Source of the DNA: the human T2T-CHM13v2.0 reference genome, Homo sapiens
Direction: 5' to 3' (one strand)
Assembly (NCBI RefSeq): GCF_009914755.1
Contig: NC_060926.1
Length of the DNA stretch: 64,000 nt
How positions within the stretch are numbered: the first letter of the stretch is position 1; every line of letters starts with the position of its first letter. The notes below the pieces were generated by a model. That model did no database searches. It had not been told where the DNA came from and saw only the letters and a program-made list of their open reading frames with translations. Shown piece after piece: positions 41,829 through 59,308 of the stretch. A program made the translations under genes and the position numbers.

Positions 41829-44386
41829 TTCAAAAACATGCTTTCATTTACTGCTTTTATTCAAGAATGTCAGTACTTTCAGCTGACCTGATGGTTAAGC
41901 AGAGTCCTCTGGCCCCATTAGATAATGGCACTTAGATACTGACCCCTCTTTCCACTGGGGTCTCACTGATCTTCTGTGTCAGCATGCTTATTCCAGCTCC
42001 CAGGCCTTTGCTCCGGCCATTTCTCTGCCTGTAATGAATGCCTCTCCCTTCTAATCTCTGCCAAGTGAGATCCCATCTACCCTTCAGTATCCAACTCTAC
42101 TGCTTCCTCTATGAAATTTGCCCCAAACTTGCAGCCAGTATTGCTCCCGTCCTTCCCTGAATTCAGTATTTGTAACCCTCAGTTTGGCTCTGATTATACA
42201 CTCCGTCCTGGTTTTAGATAACCTTTCTGAAGATATCTGTCTTATTTCTCTGACTAAGGTGTGAGGCCCTGGTGGACAGTGTTAATGTTTCCCACTTTTT
42301 CTGCAGTCTAGACGTGGCCCTGCCATTTATTTGCCACATGATCTTAGAAAAATCACTTCCCTTCTCTTGGGTCCTTCATTTGTAAAATGAGTCAAACTAA
42401 CTTGAGACCTCTGAAGGTCTGTCTGCCTCTAAAATTCCTTGGTTCCATGTGGTTCTGACTGCTACACGTTGCCTAGGACATGGTTGACGTTCAAGAACAC
42501 ACCTAGTAGATTTAATTAAGCTGAAATTTCCAGCAAGGAAAAGCTTTATGTCTCCAGAGAGGCCCGGGATGAATGGCCCTGGGCAAGGCAACACATCATG
42601 GCGCAGGAGGGGCTCCTCCTTCCCCGTGCCTCCCCCACTTCTCCTAGGTCTGTCCTTGGCATCTGGAATTCGCCATTTCTTCTCAGTACCAGGCCTTCCC
42701 TCCTTGCATTCTTTACCAGGAACACAAAGAAAACAAAATATGATGAGGGAAATGTGGGCCCAGGGGTATGAGAAAGGGGAGAGGGGGAAAGGAAGAGGGG
42801 TGGGGAAGGGGAGGACAAGAACAGAACCCGAGGTCATAATCTGGAGGAATCAGACGTTTCAGAAATCATCTGTCACAGCACCCCGGCCACCAGAAGATGT
42901 AAATAAATTAAGGTGGTAATTCCATCTCAGATTTGCAGTGATGTGAACAGCCCTTCCAAGCCCGGCTCTCACGGTGTGTGATGTCACCCACATGCCTTGA
43001 TGGAATTAGAGCCCTAATTTATTTATGGTTGGGGATACGCTATTCCTTATGGCATTGCAATTGTCTTTATTTTATAGGCTGCTTGAAGCAATTTAATGTG
43101 GTTCGATCCCACAGAGGATGCATACCGACAGAAACTCAACAAGTGAGAGCTGGCTTGCTGAGGGCACCACAGCACCCCCGCCTTGTAGACAGCCTGCTGC
43201 CCAGGGCTGTGGCGGGTCTGCCAGAACCAGGGGTTTTCTTCTCATCTCCCTCAGGGAGCAGGGAGCTCTCCCGTGTGATAATGAGCAGCAGTCGCAGTGG
43301 CGGCGTTCTTCACAGAGACCTGGCCAGGGCACCTCTTGGAAACCAACCCCCGGCGGGATCAAAGAGGGTCAAACTTCAAGAGGATGACTCCAGGTTCACG
43401 GTTGAAGCGGGTCTTTGTTCAAACTATTCCACACCTGAAAAGAGGACCCTAGAGCAAGAAGCGCTGTGGAATAGTGTAAGAATTTGGAGTCAGGAGTCCT
43501 GGGTGCAAGTCTTGATTTTGCCACTGTGTTGTCCTGTGCAACTCACTCCACTAAACCTCAGTCCTTATGGGTAAAATGAAAATAATATTATCTACTGCAG
43601 AAGGTTGTTGGGATGTCCAGATAACAATGTAGTAAAGTGTTGGTCATCTCTGAGTGCTGCATAGACAGACGGTAGCTTCAGCCTAGGGAGGCAAGTGTGA
43701 ATGGCCTCCTTGTAACACAATCTCACCTCTGGAAGCTCCTGAACTCCCAAGGAAACCCAAACTCAAGACAACGAAGTTCCCTACTGCTACCCTGCATCCC
43801 TCGCCCCTGAACCCACGGTCATCATGGGGACTGACTGAGTCCTGACACTGGACTTCTCCCGGCTACAATGCAGGGGGACCTTAGATTCTTTATGGGCCAG
43901 GGTTCTCTCCTCCTTTGTAACCTCTCCTTCCACCCCTCTTCCAATAAAACGTAGAAGTAGCGCATGTTTTATTTATTTCGTGGTTTCATACCTTAATTTG
44001 TCTTTCTTGAGTGCACCGAAAACACTCATTATGTCTTGGAGAAACACTTCTTTTTAGGCTCCAAGTTTCTAGAATATTCTGAGGTCTCACTGGAGGAAGA
44101 AATAATGAAGTTCAGTAAGAACTGTACACTGACAGTTAGAAAACCTACTACATCCTAATTACTATGGGCTGTGGCTATTTAAAGAAATAGTCAAATGAAA
44201 AATAAACAAGTAAATAAAGATTACACAACTGTCCGCCTTAGCATACACAGCAATTTCTTCACCTATGAAATGAGAAGTTTTGACCAAATGACTCTGACAG
44301 GATAATATTCTTTAGATCTGTAGTGTATTCTATCATAGGCAAATATGTTATATAGGGTCCACTATCTGTAGCAGACACCATTAATT

Positions 44387-44571
44387 TTTTTTATTGTACT
44401 TTAATTCTGGGATACATGTGCAGAACGTGCAGGTTTGTTACATAGGAATACGTGGGCCATGGTGGTTTGCTGCACCTATCAACCCGTCATCTAGGTTTTA
44501 AGCCCCACGTGCATTAGGTATTTGTCCTAATGCTCTCCCTCCCTTTGCCTCCCACCTCCCGACAGGCCCTG
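44387..44571 (-). mobile_element. Heavily 5'-truncated L1PA 3' end with TSD
   Basis: GATACATGTGCAGAACGTGCAGGTTTGTTACATAGG... flanked by GACACCATTAATT (44374-44386) and GACACCACTAATT (44572-44584). Confidence 0.9.
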
Positions 44572-45033
44572 GACACCACTAATTAACCACGGCACTGTTC
44601 TCCTCTGCTTCAAACAATCCCTTCCCAAATCATATTACCACATGAGATGAAGCCCATTTGCCACCCAGGTGTACTCATTCAGTCATCAAGCTATTGTTTA
44701 ATAACCTTCGTTTTTTCTTCTTTAAACAATTCATTTTTCCATCTCCCCTATTTCCTTACTTTCCCCATGACCATTACCCTGAGGGAAGTTCCATAAGAAA
44801 AATACAAAGTTCAGTGGATAAAAATATTTTTGGATGAAGAATGAGGAATGGCATTATGGAAAAGGTGGCTCTTGAAATATGATTATTTAAACAATACTAA
44901 TAACCACTTCCATGTAGCAGAGGGCCTGCCCCATGCCAGGTATTGAGTCTGCCCTTGAACTTACCAAGGCTGACAACAACACTTTCAGGTACAGTACTTG
45001 TTATTTTTTCTATCTTACAGATAAAGAAGCTGA

Positions 45034-45361
<328 letters not shown>

Positions 45362-45489
45362 TCAGGGTCACACAGCATGTGAGCGTCAGAGCTGGGACCC
45401 ATCTTTGAAGCCCATGGTGCATTTTCAACGTAGAAGTAGAGGGAAGGGCAGAAGAGGACATAGAAAAAGGAAAGTATTTAACTGTTAAT

Positions 45490-45842
45490 TTATTTCTCTT
45501 TCAATTTTTATTTTAGGTTCAGCGGGTACATGTGCAGGTTTGTTATATGGCTATATTGTGTGCCACTGAGGCTTGATGTATGAATGATCCTATCACCCAG
45601 GGAGTGAGCATAGCGCACGATAGGTGGTTTTTCAACCCTTGCCCCCTCCCATCCTCTCCTCTCTGGGAGTTCCCAGTGTCTATTGCTCCCATCCTTATGT
45701 CCATGTGTGCTCAGTGTTTAGCTCCCACTTGTAAGTGAGAACATGCGGCATTTGGTTTTCTGGTCCTGTGTTAATTCACTTAGGATAATGGCCTCTAGCT
45801 GTATTCATGTTCCTGCAAGGGACATGATTTTTTTTTTTTTAA

Positions 45843-45895
<53 letters not shown>

Positions 45896-45998
45896 CACTA
45901 TCTTTATCCAGTACATCACTGATGGGCATCTGGGTTGATTCCATGTCTTTGCTATTGTGAATGCTGTTGCAAGTGAATGTGTCTTTTGGTAGAACTAG
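45490..45998 (-). mobile_element. Older L1P 3' fragment containing a (CA)n microsatellite (45844-45892)
   Basis: GGTACATGTGCAGGTTTGTTA...GCTCCCACTTGTAAGTGAGAACATGCGG...GATTCCATGTCTTTGCTATTGTGAA; TAACTGTT on both flanks. Confidence 0.85.
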
Positions 45999-47379
45999 GT
46001 AACTGTTTAAAACATACTGTAATTAATATGCCGTTGGTCCATGCATAATGAGATGAGCACACAGGATAACTGGCCCATTTGAAAGTAGACGTGTGTATCC
46101 CAGAGCAGAGAGAGCCACCTAAGGTCATTGAGTACTCACCTAGGCCATGAAGAAGAAGCAAGGAATCCACAAGGAAACTTCTGTAGACTGGAAGCCCAGT
46201 GCCTCAACTTCTGCATTCTTGCTACAGAAGGGGGCAGGCCTCAATGCAGGGCTCGTGTGCTGCCTCTGCTAGATGGGTTTGAGGACCAGCAATGGCCAGA
46301 TGGGCAGGTTCCAGGATGGAAAAAAGGCCCACCATTTCAGGATGCAAAGAAGGATCCTGCCTCTTTGTGGTCAGAGTAGAGAATAGAATGCAGAGAGGTT
46401 GGTGGTGTTCTGATGGAACCAGGGATGTGCTAGCTTTAGTAATGTCATTCTCTGATCTCTCCAGGTCAGAAGCTGAGAGGGGTGTCTCATTCAATGGCCC
46501 CATAAAGTCCAGCTACTAAGAGGTGAGTTGGTGTGACCAGGTCAGGCTGAGCCAAGTTAGTGGGAGGTAGAGCCTGTTCTGCAAAGTAATTTCCTGAGGC
46601 AACTCTGAACATTGTGGGCAGGGGCTGAGGGATAAAGGAGAGTGTGAAATTCCATTGGGAAATGACTGAGCAGGACGACCCCCATAGTGTTCTCTTCCAA
46701 ATGCCTGAGGGGACAGGGGTGGGGGGGGCAGGGGTGAGTGGTCCCATGAGCAGAGGGTAAAGAAATTGGAGGCTGCTTCCAAACATGTCACTAAGAGCAT
46801 TTTAGGGTCTTCTGCATGAGGGGCAGAGTCAGAAAATGGCTCATGAATGGCTGACCAGTGTGGATGACTGGCCAGTGGTTGTCTGACATGATGGCTGGTA
46901 CCCTCCTCTGGGGAAGATGAGAATAAATGGCTTATGTTCCAGTGAAAGAGATTTGAGAGGTATCCTGAGGGTGAGAAGCCTTGTTCCCTGAGGACTCCCC
47001 ACCCTGGCTCGAGTTTCTGAGGGGCTGCACGCCCCCATCCCTTGAGTAGAACACAAGCATGGACTTTTTTTTTTCCAGGTAGATTTCAGGCCTCTCGAAG
47101 GACCTCAGCCCCAAGTCTCTCTTGACTTGGAGATGTGGCAGACCTCGGGTCCATTTCTCTTTCCCACCCCACCCACCCATGCCCTTCCCGTTATTCCTGT
47201 GTCCAGGCCCTCCTTGCTGGCCAGCGCTCTCCAGGTAGACATGCCTGCAGGTCTAGCCACTCTGAAGGTTGCTTTGTGTTCACTCTGCACAGAATTCCTG
47301 TCTCTTTGCTCATTTATTTGGGATTTATTGAGCATGTCTGCTGTGTTCCATCAGGCAGGCATGTCGTGTGGGCACCCTC

Positions 47380-47965
47380 GTGTGACACAGGGGGAAGAAC
47401 AGCCAGAGTGATTGCTTTAAAACTTGAGTCAGATCAAGCCATTCCGCACCCCCGACTCCCAAATTCCCCCACCCCTGCAATCATCTCATGCAGAGCAAAA
47501 GCCAGAGTCCTTAGGCGCCTGCGAAGCTTTGCACTCTGTGATCACTCCTGCCCTGCATAGCCTCCCCGACCTCCCCACAGTGTCTCCTCACTCTGCTCAG
47601 GCCACACTGGCCTTCTCAGTGTTTCTGCAACTTGCCAGGCACTTCCTTGCCTAAGGGCCTTTGCACCTGAGCCACATTGCTCATCCTTTCACCTCCTCAA
47701 GGCCTTTGCTCATATGCCGCCTTCCTAGAAGACCTTCCCAGCCACTGTTGTCAAAAAGTCTCCCCCAAAACCCCTTTTCTTCTAACACTCGCTTCCTTCC
47801 TTCTAACACCCCCTTCCCTGCTTTAGTTTTCTCTGTAGCACTTTTCAGCATGTGATGTGCTATATGTTTTTGCTTACTTAATTTGCTGATTGCCTGCATC
47901 ATGCCACTAGATGTGAGCCACATGAGGGCAGAGATTATTGCCTGTTTTCGTTCAGTACAACAGTT
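47380..47965 (+). mobile_element. L2 LINE fragment
   Basis: CAGAGTGATT..TTTAAAAC..GAGTCAGATC...CCACTAGATGTGAGCCACATGAGGGCAGAGATT, typical of the L2 3' region. Confidence 0.65.
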
Positions 47966-50325
47966 GTTGAGCTGTATAACTAGTTGTTGAGCTGGAGACT
48001 TCGGCTGTGATCCTGAATAAGGCATTAACTAACGATGTGTTATTGGGCCAATCAGTTCCCCTCCCTGGGCCTCATTTTAAAATGACACATGGAATAGGTA
48101 ACTCCCCTGCGTTCCTTCCCACTACAGGGTTGGTCCTGTGAGAAGCCACAGAAAGCCCTTGTCTTTAGGGAACCTGGAATCTGACTAAAGAAGCTCAAGA
48201 CAGAACATACTAGTCTGTAAATGTGTTGCACAGACATTGAATGTCAGGGTGGGGTGGGTGGGGGGCGGCGGTGAGCTGGGGAGGCCAGTGAGCTGGGGGC
48301 TAGGGGCTCAGGGCTCAGGCCAAATCGCACAGAAGCCTCTGATTGGGAGCCAGGTCAGACTCTGACTTGTGCTTGTGAGCTCTTCCCCAGGCCCACAGCC
48401 ATCGGTGGCCTCTCCCGCTTCTCACAGTTGGGCGAGGGGCCCAGGTTGGGTGATGGGGGAGTTGAGAGAGGGAGCTGCCTGCTCAGAGACCCCACCCTTC
48501 ATGAGTGCCAATGGCTTCCCTGCCTCTTTCGGCCACAGAGATGCTAACCTGCAGGCCCCAGTGGTGGCTCAGCCCACATCTTGAACTCATTTTCCAGCAT
48601 GAGGGTGTCTGGTTTTATGTCACAGTCCAAGGCACGTGTTTACTCAGCTTCTCTGCTCCCCAGCCCAAGGAGAGATAACTGAACTTGATGGATAACCACT
48701 AATTGGATCATTACCTTCATTTCGAAATGATTGCTCCTAGCCACTGGGGGCATTAGTTCCAAGCTGGGGCCCTGCAATCCGGCATGCTCCATCAGCCCAG
48801 ACCCCAGCAGGATTGTAACCCCACAAGGGCTCACAGCTGTGCTCCTGTCTAACTATAACCTCTAACCAGCCCCCTCCCTACGCTCTCCCAACTCAGTGTC
48901 CAGCTGGTCATTGTGCACCTTGCCCCCACCGACTCTCTCCTCTGGAGTGCCCTCTCTGTTGCCAGGGCTCCCAGGAACACCAGTTCCCACCACACCCTCC
49001 TCTCTGGCTACCTCTCTGTTCTCTGATTGTCTGATAGGCGTATAGTTTGCCTCTCCAGACAGAGAACAGGGTCCTTGAAGGCAGGGCAACCTCTCTTCTT
49101 CCAGATGCTCCTTGTATTGCTGACACTGGGCTGGGCACACAGTGGTGGCTGTTGGTTGATTGATGTTATGAGGCAGGAGGGAAGGGCCGGAAGGGAGTGC
49201 GATTGATTCCAGCTGAAAATGGGGAGGCAGGGGCAGGCAGAGGGTAATGATGACTCGGGGTGGGGGCAGGTGGGTCAGGAGCTCCGAAGGACCCACCCCC
49301 ACCCCCACCCCCACCCTACCCTTGTGACTCTGACCTGGGAGCCTGAGTTTAAAAAAAATAGTTTATAGAAGAATCCCTCTGAGAGTGGTTAAATAAATTA
49401 CCATAACTCCTGAGATGAAATATTACAGCCATTAAAAATGTCTCGAAGGATATTTAATGATCACACTAAATGAGTGAAAAAAAGTTACAAAAAGTAATGC
49501 ACAATATGATTCCATTCAAAGATGTTGCTAAACACACTTATAGACAAATAGCAGGTGGTATTTATTGAGCTCTTACTGCAAGCCCTGCATTGTGCCACGG
49601 GTGTCCTGCGTATCATCTCATGCAGTCTTCATATCAATCCCAGGAGCTGGGTTGTTTCTTTATCCCCATTTTACATGCGTGGAAACTGAGGCCCAGAAGT
49701 GAGGTGATTTTCCCAAGGTCATACAGCATAATCGGTCTCCCTTAGTGCTGAAGTTTGGACAGGTTAAAGTCTTTGAGCTCTGAACTTCTTATGCTGTCAG
49801 GAGGTCCCTTAGGCAAGAGGAATCAGGTCAAAACGGTGTCAAAACCATGTGGTAGGGAGAGTAGCCAGAGGGCATGTGCACCTGCTCTGTGCGCTGAGGG
49901 CCCTGGAGCCCAAGACCACATTTTTCAACATTTCCCACCAAGGGCTACCAGGGAGAGCTCGAGCAGTGAAACAACCTCCTGGAGAAAGGGCATGCTTACC
50001 CCAAACAGTGTTATCCTGGGGTTAAACAGTGTTATTGACTGGGGGTAGGGAGATTGGGGCAGGGAGATGGAGTCTGTTCTGTGTTCTGGCCTTCCATGGC
50101 CTCCTGAGATGTTGCATAAATCTGGCCATCCTGGGACTGGGAGGTGGGACAGGGGTGGGGTGATGAGGGTGGGGAAGTGTCATCTGAGGGAGAGGGTCAG
50201 AGAGTCCACTTACAGTTTTCCAGGCAGCTCCCTGACTTTGAAGAGGGACATTGGGATGAAAAATAAAGCTACAGTATCCCTGCACTCACAGTGCCTGCTG
50301 CTGCTGATGGTGGGGTTTGGTAGCA

Positions 50326-50561
50326 CAGTGGATCCTTGAACATCAGGGTTTGAACTGCATGGGTCCAATCATATGCAATTTTTTTAACCAAACATGAATG
50401 GAAAACATTGTATTCAAGGGATGTGAAACCTGTGTATATGAAGGGCTGACTTTCTGTACACTTGGGTTCCACAGGGCTGACTGCAGGTCTTGAGTATGTG
50501 TGAATTTTGTTATATGTGGGAGTCCTGGAACCCATCCCCCACACATACTGAGGGACAACTA
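50326..50561. mobile_element. MER8 / Tigger2-derived MITE
   Basis: Starts CAGTGGATCCTTGAACATCAGGGTTTGAACTGC and ends ATACTGAGGGACAACT; ~235 bp. Confidence 0.75.
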
Positions 50562-50789
50562 TATGAATCAGCCTGTCTTGATTGCCTACTAATTGAGTAT
50601 CTGGTGTGTGTGTGTGTGTGTGTGTGTGTACCTGTGTGTGGGCACATGTTTGTGTGTGTGTGTTTGAGGCATGAAGAGAAGGCATGACTCCACTCTGGGA
50701 ATAAGACTGATCCAGGAGGGAACTGTTCACAGTAAACTTGAAAGGCTGGATGCCACACTCTGTTACAAGCAAGGGAGACAAGAGCTGCT

Positions 50790-51132
50790 TATCTGCCTAA
50801 ACTCATGTTGAAATTTAATTGCTATAGTAACACTGTTAAGAGGTGGAACATTTAAGATGTGATTAAGTCATGAGGGATCTGACCTCTTGGGTGGGATTAA
50901 TGTCTTTATAAAAGGGCAAGTTCAGCCCCCTTTTTCCTCTTTGCTCTTCTGCCTTCCACCATGCGAGGATGCAGTGTTTGAGGCACCATCTTAGAGTCAG
51001 AATTGCCAACCCTGCTGGTGGCTTGATCTTGGACTTCCCAGACTCCAGAACTGTGAGCCAATAGTTTCTGTTCATTATAAATTACCCAGTCTTGAATTTT
51101 TTTCTTAGAGCAACACGAAACAGACTAAGACA
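50790..51132 (+). mobile_element. MST-family MaLR solo LTR
   Basis: AAACTCATGTTGAAATTTAAT...GATCTTGGACTTCCCAGACTCCAGAACTGTGAG...ATAAATTACCCAGTCT...CAGACTAAGACA. Confidence 0.8.
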
Positions 51133-53002
51133 TGTGCCCTCAGATGTAGAAGGATATGTTGTGAAGACTGACATAAGTTTGAATACTGGGCAAATTGGCC
51201 AACTCCTTCCACTGAGTTACTCGCCTTCCACCTCTCCCCACCTCCTCTCTTCTTTTTTATTCCCCTCTTCCCTCAACTTCAACCTATGGGGAAGCAGTCC
51301 TCTTATTCTGCCCTGTACATGGTGTTGTTTTTCTTTTGGGGGAGGCCTCAGGGAGGGCCTAGGGAAACTGGGAGGTGGCATTTGCTTGTATTGAACACCT
51401 ACTATGGGCAGGCCTTTGTGTTAGGCATGCCTGTGGGGGACAGAAGGTGAGTAAGTCATGGTCCTGGTCTTCATGGAGCTCATGAGTGGCACAGCAGAAC
51501 CACAAGGCTTAAGGTGATGGAGTGTAGGGCTTGTGGGTAGGTGTGGGGAGGACTCAGAGATGGCAATAAGGCCCCACGCCTGGGGACTGAGTGCCTGAGC
51601 AGGGGTAGGGAGTTTGGTGGATGGGGGACAAGGATGAGGATAAGATGATGATTTTGGGGAAAGTGGGTCAGGGTTTGCCTAGGCTGACTTTTGAGGGTGA
51701 GCAAGCATCACCCATGGTTAGGCAAAACAAGATGGCAATAAAAACTTCTGTCCAAGCCCCTGGAATGCTTAATGTTTCTCATGGACCCTGGTATGGTCTG
51801 GCCAGGTAAGGATGCAGTCTGACATCTATTAATAACTAATCCTCTGCTTCCCCTGCCCCATCCTTCCCTGATATCTGACCGTCTACCCTGGAATTCTTCA
51901 GTTATTTACCATGGGGCCCTGTGGGAAGCATCCAGAATGCCAGCACACCCAGGATGCCCACCCAGGTGGGGTGCTGAGAGCAGCGGGAGGCTCTGTGGAC
52001 TGACCTAGTAGTGGTCTTTGCTCTTCCCCACTGAGGAGTTGCCCCCTGGGTGTGAGGAGAATGAACATGGAATGGCTCAGCCTAAACAGGTCTGATTTCG
52101 ATGGCCCCTTGGGCCCATTTGATGTGGCCCAGTGCTGAGTAGTGCCCACTTCCTCATGTCCTCTGACATGGCCTGCCCTTCTGGATCCTGGGTTTTTTCC
52201 CCTCGTCCTGACATTGCCTTCCTCCTTTCCTCAGAAATCTTGCGCCCAGGAAGAATTAGTTCATTTCTGGAGTAGGCCCCATGGACTTTGTATACAAACT
52301 TTGATGATAGCTTCTCTGAATTCTCCAGCCTGTTTCAGCTGCAGAAAACCAGTCACTTCCAGTTTCCATACTCTCCTTCAGGCAGCATAGTCCCCCCTCT
52401 GTTAAGTGGTCCCCTTAACATTGCTTTACTGGGATGATCCTAATTTTTGGCATGACTCTAACCTTGTTGACCAAGGTGCCAGTTCCCCATTACACAAAGT
52501 CTCTTTAGCCCTTTTCTCTCCCTCTCCCAGCTCTTTCTTGGTACCCATCTGGAGAAAGGAGGGAAAAACACTCAATATATGTCAGACAATGAGCTGGGTG
52601 TTTGACCATTTTTTTTTTCTCATTTAAGCCTCTCAATATCTCTCCTATGTATTGTTATGCTTTTTCACATAGAGAAGGAATCTGAGTTTCAGACAGGTTA
52701 TCTCAGTTTCCCAGGATCTTAAGGGTGGTGAGACCAAGCAGGATTAGAAACGCATCTCTCCAGCTCCAGAGTTTCTGCTTGTTTTTTTTTTTTTTTTATT
52801 ATACTTCAACTTTTAGGGTACATGTGCACATTGTGCAGGTTAGTTACATATGTATACATGTGCCATACTGGTGCGCTGCACCCACTAACTCGTCATCTAG
52901 CATTAGGTATATCTCCCAGTGCTATCCCTCCTCCCTCCCCCCACCCCACCACAGTCCCCAGAGTGTGATATTCCCCTTCCTGTGTCCATGTGATCTCATT
53001 GT

Positions 53003-56850
<3,848 letters not shown>

Positions 56851-56886
56851 TTAGTTGATGCAGTTTCTTCCTAGTCTCGATGGTCT

Positions 56887-57906
56887 TTACATTTTGGCAT
56901 GATTTTGCAGCGGCTGGTACCGGTTGTTCCTTTCCATGTTTAGCGCTTCCTTCAGGAGCTCTTTTAGGCAGGCCTGGTGGTGACAAAATCTCTCAGCATT
57001 TGCTTGTCTGTAAAGTATTTTATTTCTCCTTCACTTATGAAGCTTAGTTTGGCTGGATATGAAATTCTGGGTTGAAAATTCTTTTCTTTAAGAATGTTGA
57101 ATATTGGCCCCCACTCTCTTCTGGCTTGTAGAGTTTCTGCCGAGAGATCCGCTGTTTGTTAGTCTGATGGGCTTCCCTTTGAGGGTAACCCGACCTTTCT
57201 CTCTGGCTGCCCTTAACATTTTTTCCTTCATTTCAACTTTGGTGAATCTGACAATTATGTGTCTTGGAGTTGCTCTTCTCGAGGAGTATCTTTGTGGCGT
57301 TCTCTGTATTTCCTGAATCTGAACGTTGGCCTGCCTTGCTAGATTGGGGAAGTTCTCCTGGATAATATCCTGCAGAGTGTTTTCCAACTTGGTTCCATTC
57401 TCCCCATCACTTTCAGGTACACCAATCAGACGTAGATTTGGTCTTTTCACATAGTCCCATATTTCTTGGAGGCTTTGCTCGTTTCTTTTTATTCTTTTTT
57501 CTCTAAACTTCCCTTCTCGCTTCATTTCATTCATTTCATCTTCCCTCGCTGATACCCTTTCTTCCAGTTGATCGCATCGGCTCCTGAGGCTTCTGCATTC
57601 TTCACGTAGTTCTCGAGCCTTGGTTTTCAGCTCCATCAGCTCCTTTAAGCACTTCTCTGTATTGGTTATTCTAGTTATACATTCTTCTAAATTTTTTTTC
57701 AAAGTTTTCAACTTCTTTGCCTTTGGTTTGAATGTCCTCCCGTAGCTCAGAGTAATTTGATCGTCTGAAGCCTTCTTCTCTCAGCTAGTCAAAGTCATTC
57801 TCCATCCAGCTTTGTTCCGTTGCTGGTGAGGAACTGCGTTCCTTTGGAGGAGGAGAGGCGCTCTGCATTTTAGAGTTTCCAGTTTTTCTGTTCTGTTTTT
57901 CCCCAT
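56887..57906 (-). pseudogene. L1 ORF1p, frameshifted
   Basis: ATG at 57906 is followed by only 5 A (frameshift at codons 3-4); further indels near 57690, 57155 and 56967. The ORF track shows the in-frame fragment LEECITRITNTEKCLKELMELK...KGKPIRLT. Confidence 0.93.
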
Positions 57907-58361
57907 CTTTGTGGTTTTATCTACTTTTGGTCTTTGATGATGGTGATGTACAGATGGGTTTTTGGTGTGGATGTCCTTTCTGTTTGTTAGTTTTCCTTCT
58001 AACAGACAGGACCCTCAGCTGCAGGTCTGTTGGAATACCCTGCCGTGTGAGGTGTCAGTGTGCCCCTGCTGGGGGGTGCCTCCCAGTTAGGCTGCTCCGG
58101 GGTCAGGGGTCAGGGACCCACTTGAGGAGGCAGTCTGCCCGTTCTCAGATCTCCAGCTGCGTGCTGGGAGAACCACTGCTCTCTTCAAAGCTGTCAGACA
58201 GGGACATTTAAGTCTGCAGAGGTTGCTGCTGTCTTTTTGTTTGTCTGTGCCCTGCCCCCAGAGGTGGAGCCTACAGAGGCAGGCAGGCCTCCTTGAGCTG
58301 TGGTGGGCTCCACCCAGTTCGAGCTTCCTGGCTGCTTTGTTTAACTAAGCAAGCCTGGGCA

Positions 58362-58577
58362 ATGGAGGGCGCCCCTCCCCCAGCCTCGCTGCCACCTTGC
58401 AGTTTGATCTCAGACTGCTGTGCTAGCAATCAGAGAGACTCCGTGGGCGTAGGACCCTCCGAGCCATGTGCGGGATATAATCTCGTGGTGCGCCGTTTTT
58501 TAAGCCGGTCCGAAAAGCGCAATATTCGGGTGGGAGTGACCCGATTTTCCAGGTGCGTCCGTCACCCCTTTCTTTGA
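58362..58577 (+). CDS. ORF0: LINE-1 antisense ORF0, intact 71 aa
   Basis: MEGAPPPASLPPCSLISDCCASNQRDSVGVGPSEPCAGYNLVVRRFLSRSEKRNIRVGVTRFSRCVRHPFL*; strong Kozak gcaATGG; located in the L1 5' UTR in antisense. Expression from this copy is unknown. Confidence 0.75.
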   Translation: MEGAPPPASLPPCSLISDCCASNQRDSVGVGPSEPCAGYNLVVRRFLSRSEKRNIRVGVTRFSRCVRHPFL

Positions 58578-58826
58578 CTCAGAAAGGGAACTCCCTGACC
58601 CCTTGTGCTTCCCAAGCGAGGCAATGCCTCGCCCTGCTTCGGCTCGCGCACGGTGCGCGCACCCACTGACCTGCGCCCAGTGTCTGGCACTCCCTAGTGA
58701 GATGAACCCGGTACCTCAGATGGAAATGCAGAAATCACCCGTCTTCTGCGGCGCTCACGCTGGGAGCTGTAGACTAGAGCTGTTCCTATTTGGCCATCTT
58801 GGCTCCTCCCCCCTCTGCTTGGTTTT

Positions 58827-59292
58827 TGTTATGGGTTGAACTCTATCTCCCAAAAAGAAATGTTGAAGTCTTAACCCTAGTACCTATGAAAGTGACCTTC
58901 ATCAGAATTAGGGTCTTTGCAGATGTAATCAAGTTACCATGCAGTCATACCGGATTAAGGGTAAGCCCTAATCCTATCACTGATGTCCTTATAAGAAGAG
59001 AAAGTTTAGACACCAGAGCCAGAGGCACAGGGAGAATACCGTGCGAAAATAGAGGCAGAGATTGGTGCGATGCCTCTACAAGCTGAGAAATGCCTAGGAT
59101 TGCTGGCAGCCACCAGATACTGGGGGAGAGGCATGGGACGGATGCTCTTTCTGAGCACCCAGATGAAACTGCCCCAACCAACAGCTTTATTTTGGACTTC
59201 TTGCCTCTGGAACTGTGAGAGAATAAATTCCTGTTGTCATAACCCACCCGGTTTGTGGTAATTTGTTATGGCAGCCCTGGGAAAATAATACA
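58827..59292 (+). mobile_element. MaLR solo LTR (MLT1B/C-like)
   Basis: TGTTATGGGTTGAA...CTTTGCAGATGTAATCAAGTTA...GAATAAATTCCTGTTG...TTTGTTATGGCAGCCCTGGGAAAATAATACA; flanks GTTTT/GTTTC. Confidence 0.85.
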
Positions 59293-59308
59293 GTTTCCTA
59301 TCCCTCAC

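Noticed and set aside
49292-49316. (CCCCCA)n run able to form a G-quadruplex on the minus strand
   Set aside because: Common simple repeat with no associated feature; function cannot be supported from sequence.
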